From an uncultured Planctomycetota bacterium (GTDB lineage Bacteria; Planctomycetota; Phycisphaerae; Tepidisphaerales; Tepidisphaeraceae): a stretch of 64,000 nucleotides of DNA. Under the pieces are notes generated by a model that made no database searches, was not told the DNA's origin, and saw nothing but the letters and a program-made list of their open reading frames with translations. The stretch covers positions 96,001-160,000 of the forward strand of contig CAWJEN010000006.1 in the NCBI GenBank assembly GCA_963841915.1. The letters are read 5' to 3'. Below, piece after piece: positions 62,651-64,000 of this stretch. Within the stretch, counting starts at the first letter, position 1, and each line of letters opens with the position of its first letter. The position numbers were made by a program, and so were the translations under genes.

Positions 62651-62707
62651 GAGGTAGTTGTACGCGCGGAAAGGCGGCGAGGTCGCATCTCAAGCTGAGG
62701 AGAATCC

Positions 62708-63175
62708 TCAGGAGACGAAGAACGGCTCGATCTTGAGCACGTCGATCAGCCACATGCCGGTGCCGAAAATGATGTCGTAGGCGAAAAGCAGGCCGGCCAT
62801 CAGGAACATGAAGCCGATGACGACCTTCGTGCTGCCGATGAGCTCGCGCCAGGTGGGCCAGTTGACCTTCTTCATCTCACCGTCGGTGTTGATGAGAAAG
62901 TCGGCGTGCTTTGGGCGGTTGATGAGCCACCATGCGACGAGCGCCAGCACGATCGCGATGCCACCGACCACGGCGAAAAGCATCCACTCGTCGCGCGACA
63001 GGCCGGTGACAAGCGGCAGGCGGCGGTAGATGAACTGGACCGTGAACAGAATGACGAGGCCGGCACCGATGCCGGTGCCGAGTCGGGTCCAAAACCCTTG
63101 GCCGGGCTTGTGGGGCTTGAGGAAGCCGCCCTGCTCGTCGCGGGCGTCAGGCTTGGCTGTGGTTGCGGTGGCCAT
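62708..63175 (-). CDS. secE: Preprotein translocase subunit SecE (3-TM form)
   Basis: FLI.T.GEMKKVNWPT..EL..ST.VV; upstream of nusG. Confidence 0.93.
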   Translation of the reverse strand: MATATTAKPDARDEQGGFLKPHKPGQGFWTRLGTGIGAGLVILFTVQFIYRRLPLVTGLSRDEWMLFAVVGGIAIVLALVAWWLINRPKHADFLINTDGEMKKVNWPTWRELIGSTKVVIGFMFLMAGLLFAYDIIFGTGMWLIDVLKIEPFFVS

Positions 63176-63201
63176 AGTGGCGGGCGGAAAAGCTGTCTGT
63201 G

Positions 63202-63236
63202 AAAAAGGGTCGCCGATCCGTGTCGATCAGCGACCC
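63202..63236 (-). terminator. Hairpin plus T-tract downstream of tRNA-Trp
   Basis: GGGTCGCTGATC...GATCGGCGACCC followed by TTTTT on the minus strand. Confidence 0.6.
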
Positions 63237-63255
63237 CGAAGCCGTTGTTACTCAG

Positions 63256-63328
63256 CACGCCAGCAAGGACTCGAACCTTGAACCTGCGAATTTGGAAGCC
63301 GCTGCTCTGCCAATTGAGCTACTGACGC
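63256..63328 (-). tRNA. trnW: tRNA-Trp (CCA)
   Basis: GCGTCAG TA GCTC AATTGGCA GAGC A GCGGC TTCCAAA TTCGC AGGTT CAAGG TTCGAGT CCTTG CTGGCGT G; 73 nt, no encoded CCA end; canonical position before secE. Confidence 0.93.
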
Positions 63329-63418
63329 GTTGTGCTTGAAACCAAAGCTAAGGAGCAAGAGAGGATAACCGACAGGACGCATTGCGTACACGGCCGGCCG
63401 ACGCCTGACTCTAAAGCC

Positions 63419-63589
63419 CTACTTGCGCTTGACCTTGTGGACCGTGTGCTTACGCAGACGGGGACTGTACTTCTTGAGCTCCAGGTTCCGCTGCTCGCTT
63501 TGACCGGCGACGCGGATGTTGGTGCGGTAGTTGAGATCCTTGGTCTCCGTGCACTGGAGCCAGACCATTTCGCGTGCTTCCTTAGCCAT
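63419..63589 (-). CDS. rpmG: 50S ribosomal protein L33
   Basis: RE.V.L.CTE...NYRT...LELKKYSPRLRKHTVHK. Confidence 0.95.
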   Translation of the reverse strand: MAKEAREMVWLQCTETKDLNYRTNIRVAGQSEQRNLELKKYSPRLRKHTVHKVKRK

Positions 63590-63697
63590 CTTGCTGTTCC
63601 TCTGCGTCTGAGGCCCCATGAGCCTCTGGTGGGTAAAGCCGGCCGCGGGCGTTTCCGCACGCGGCCGGGGATGATTATAGCCGGGACGACAAAGACT

Positions 63698-64000
63698 CTA
63701 CTCGAGAATCTTGGTCACGACGCCCGAGCCGACCGTCTTGCCACCCTCACGGACAGCAAAGCGAAGCTTCTCTTCCATGGCGATCGGCTTCTGAAGGGTG
63801 ACCTTCATCTGCACGTTGTCGCCAGGCATGCACATCTCGGCGCCGATGATGTCGGCCGAACCCGTGACGTCCGTCGTGCGGAAGTAGAACTGCGGCTTGT
63901 AGCCGGTGAAGAACGGCGTGTGACGGCCGCCTTCGTCCTTCGTCAGGACATAAACTTCACCCTCGAAGGTCGTGTGCGGCTTGATCGAGCCGGTCTTACA
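63698..64000 (-). CDS. tuf: Elongation factor Tu, C-terminal part (truncated by window)
   Basis: [40 protein letters not shown]...[20 protein letters not shown]. Confidence 0.98.
   Translation of the reverse strand, partial: CKTGSIKPHTTFEGEVYVLTKDEGGRHTPFFTGYKPQFYFRTTDVTGSADIIGAEMCMPGDNVQMKVTLQKPIAMEEKLRFAVREGGKTVGSGVVTKILE

Overview
A GC-rich bacterial chromosome segment, most likely Planctomycetota, class Phycisphaerae. This placement is inferred from the large Zn-ribbon LepB, the dockerin + PEP-CTERM protein, the long SecE and the RpoC N-terminus. Left to right it holds: the end of the nuo operon; GT4; LacI + secreted clan GH-A hydrolase; class III FBPase; queF; a membrane-protein gene enclosed by 27-bp inverted repeats; an inverted-domain photolyase; a three-gene LEA-like/DUF3618 stress cluster; a truncated haemoglobin; two perfect parS sites; a site-2 protease; thrC; a GGDEF protein; a PEGA-CsgG-COG3014-YcfL-LpoB envelope operon; a PEP-CTERM protein; aroK; a sugar epimerase; lepB; a candidate sRNA; PilZ-like and 3D-domain genes; and a 3055-aa cyclic beta-1,2-glucan synthase. 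An accessory island follows at about 41.9-48.1 kb: an NB-ARC/TPR NLR-like gene with near-identical 126-bp repeats, a degenerate 21-bp array plus a G-free tract before an uncharacterised helical/Fn3-like gene, a long foldback element, a GNAT and an MNT remnant. The window ends with cysK, PHP and the tuf-rpmG-trnW-secE-nusG-rplKAJL-rpoBC cluster, which has two small membrane ORFs inserted. Single-base indels, including one in the essential rpoC, suggest residual assembly errors. The best candidates for undescribed biology are the 21-bp array/gene module, the IR-flanked cassette, and local GC-skew inversions centred on these accessory sites. All product calls come from motif recognition by eye; no searches were run.
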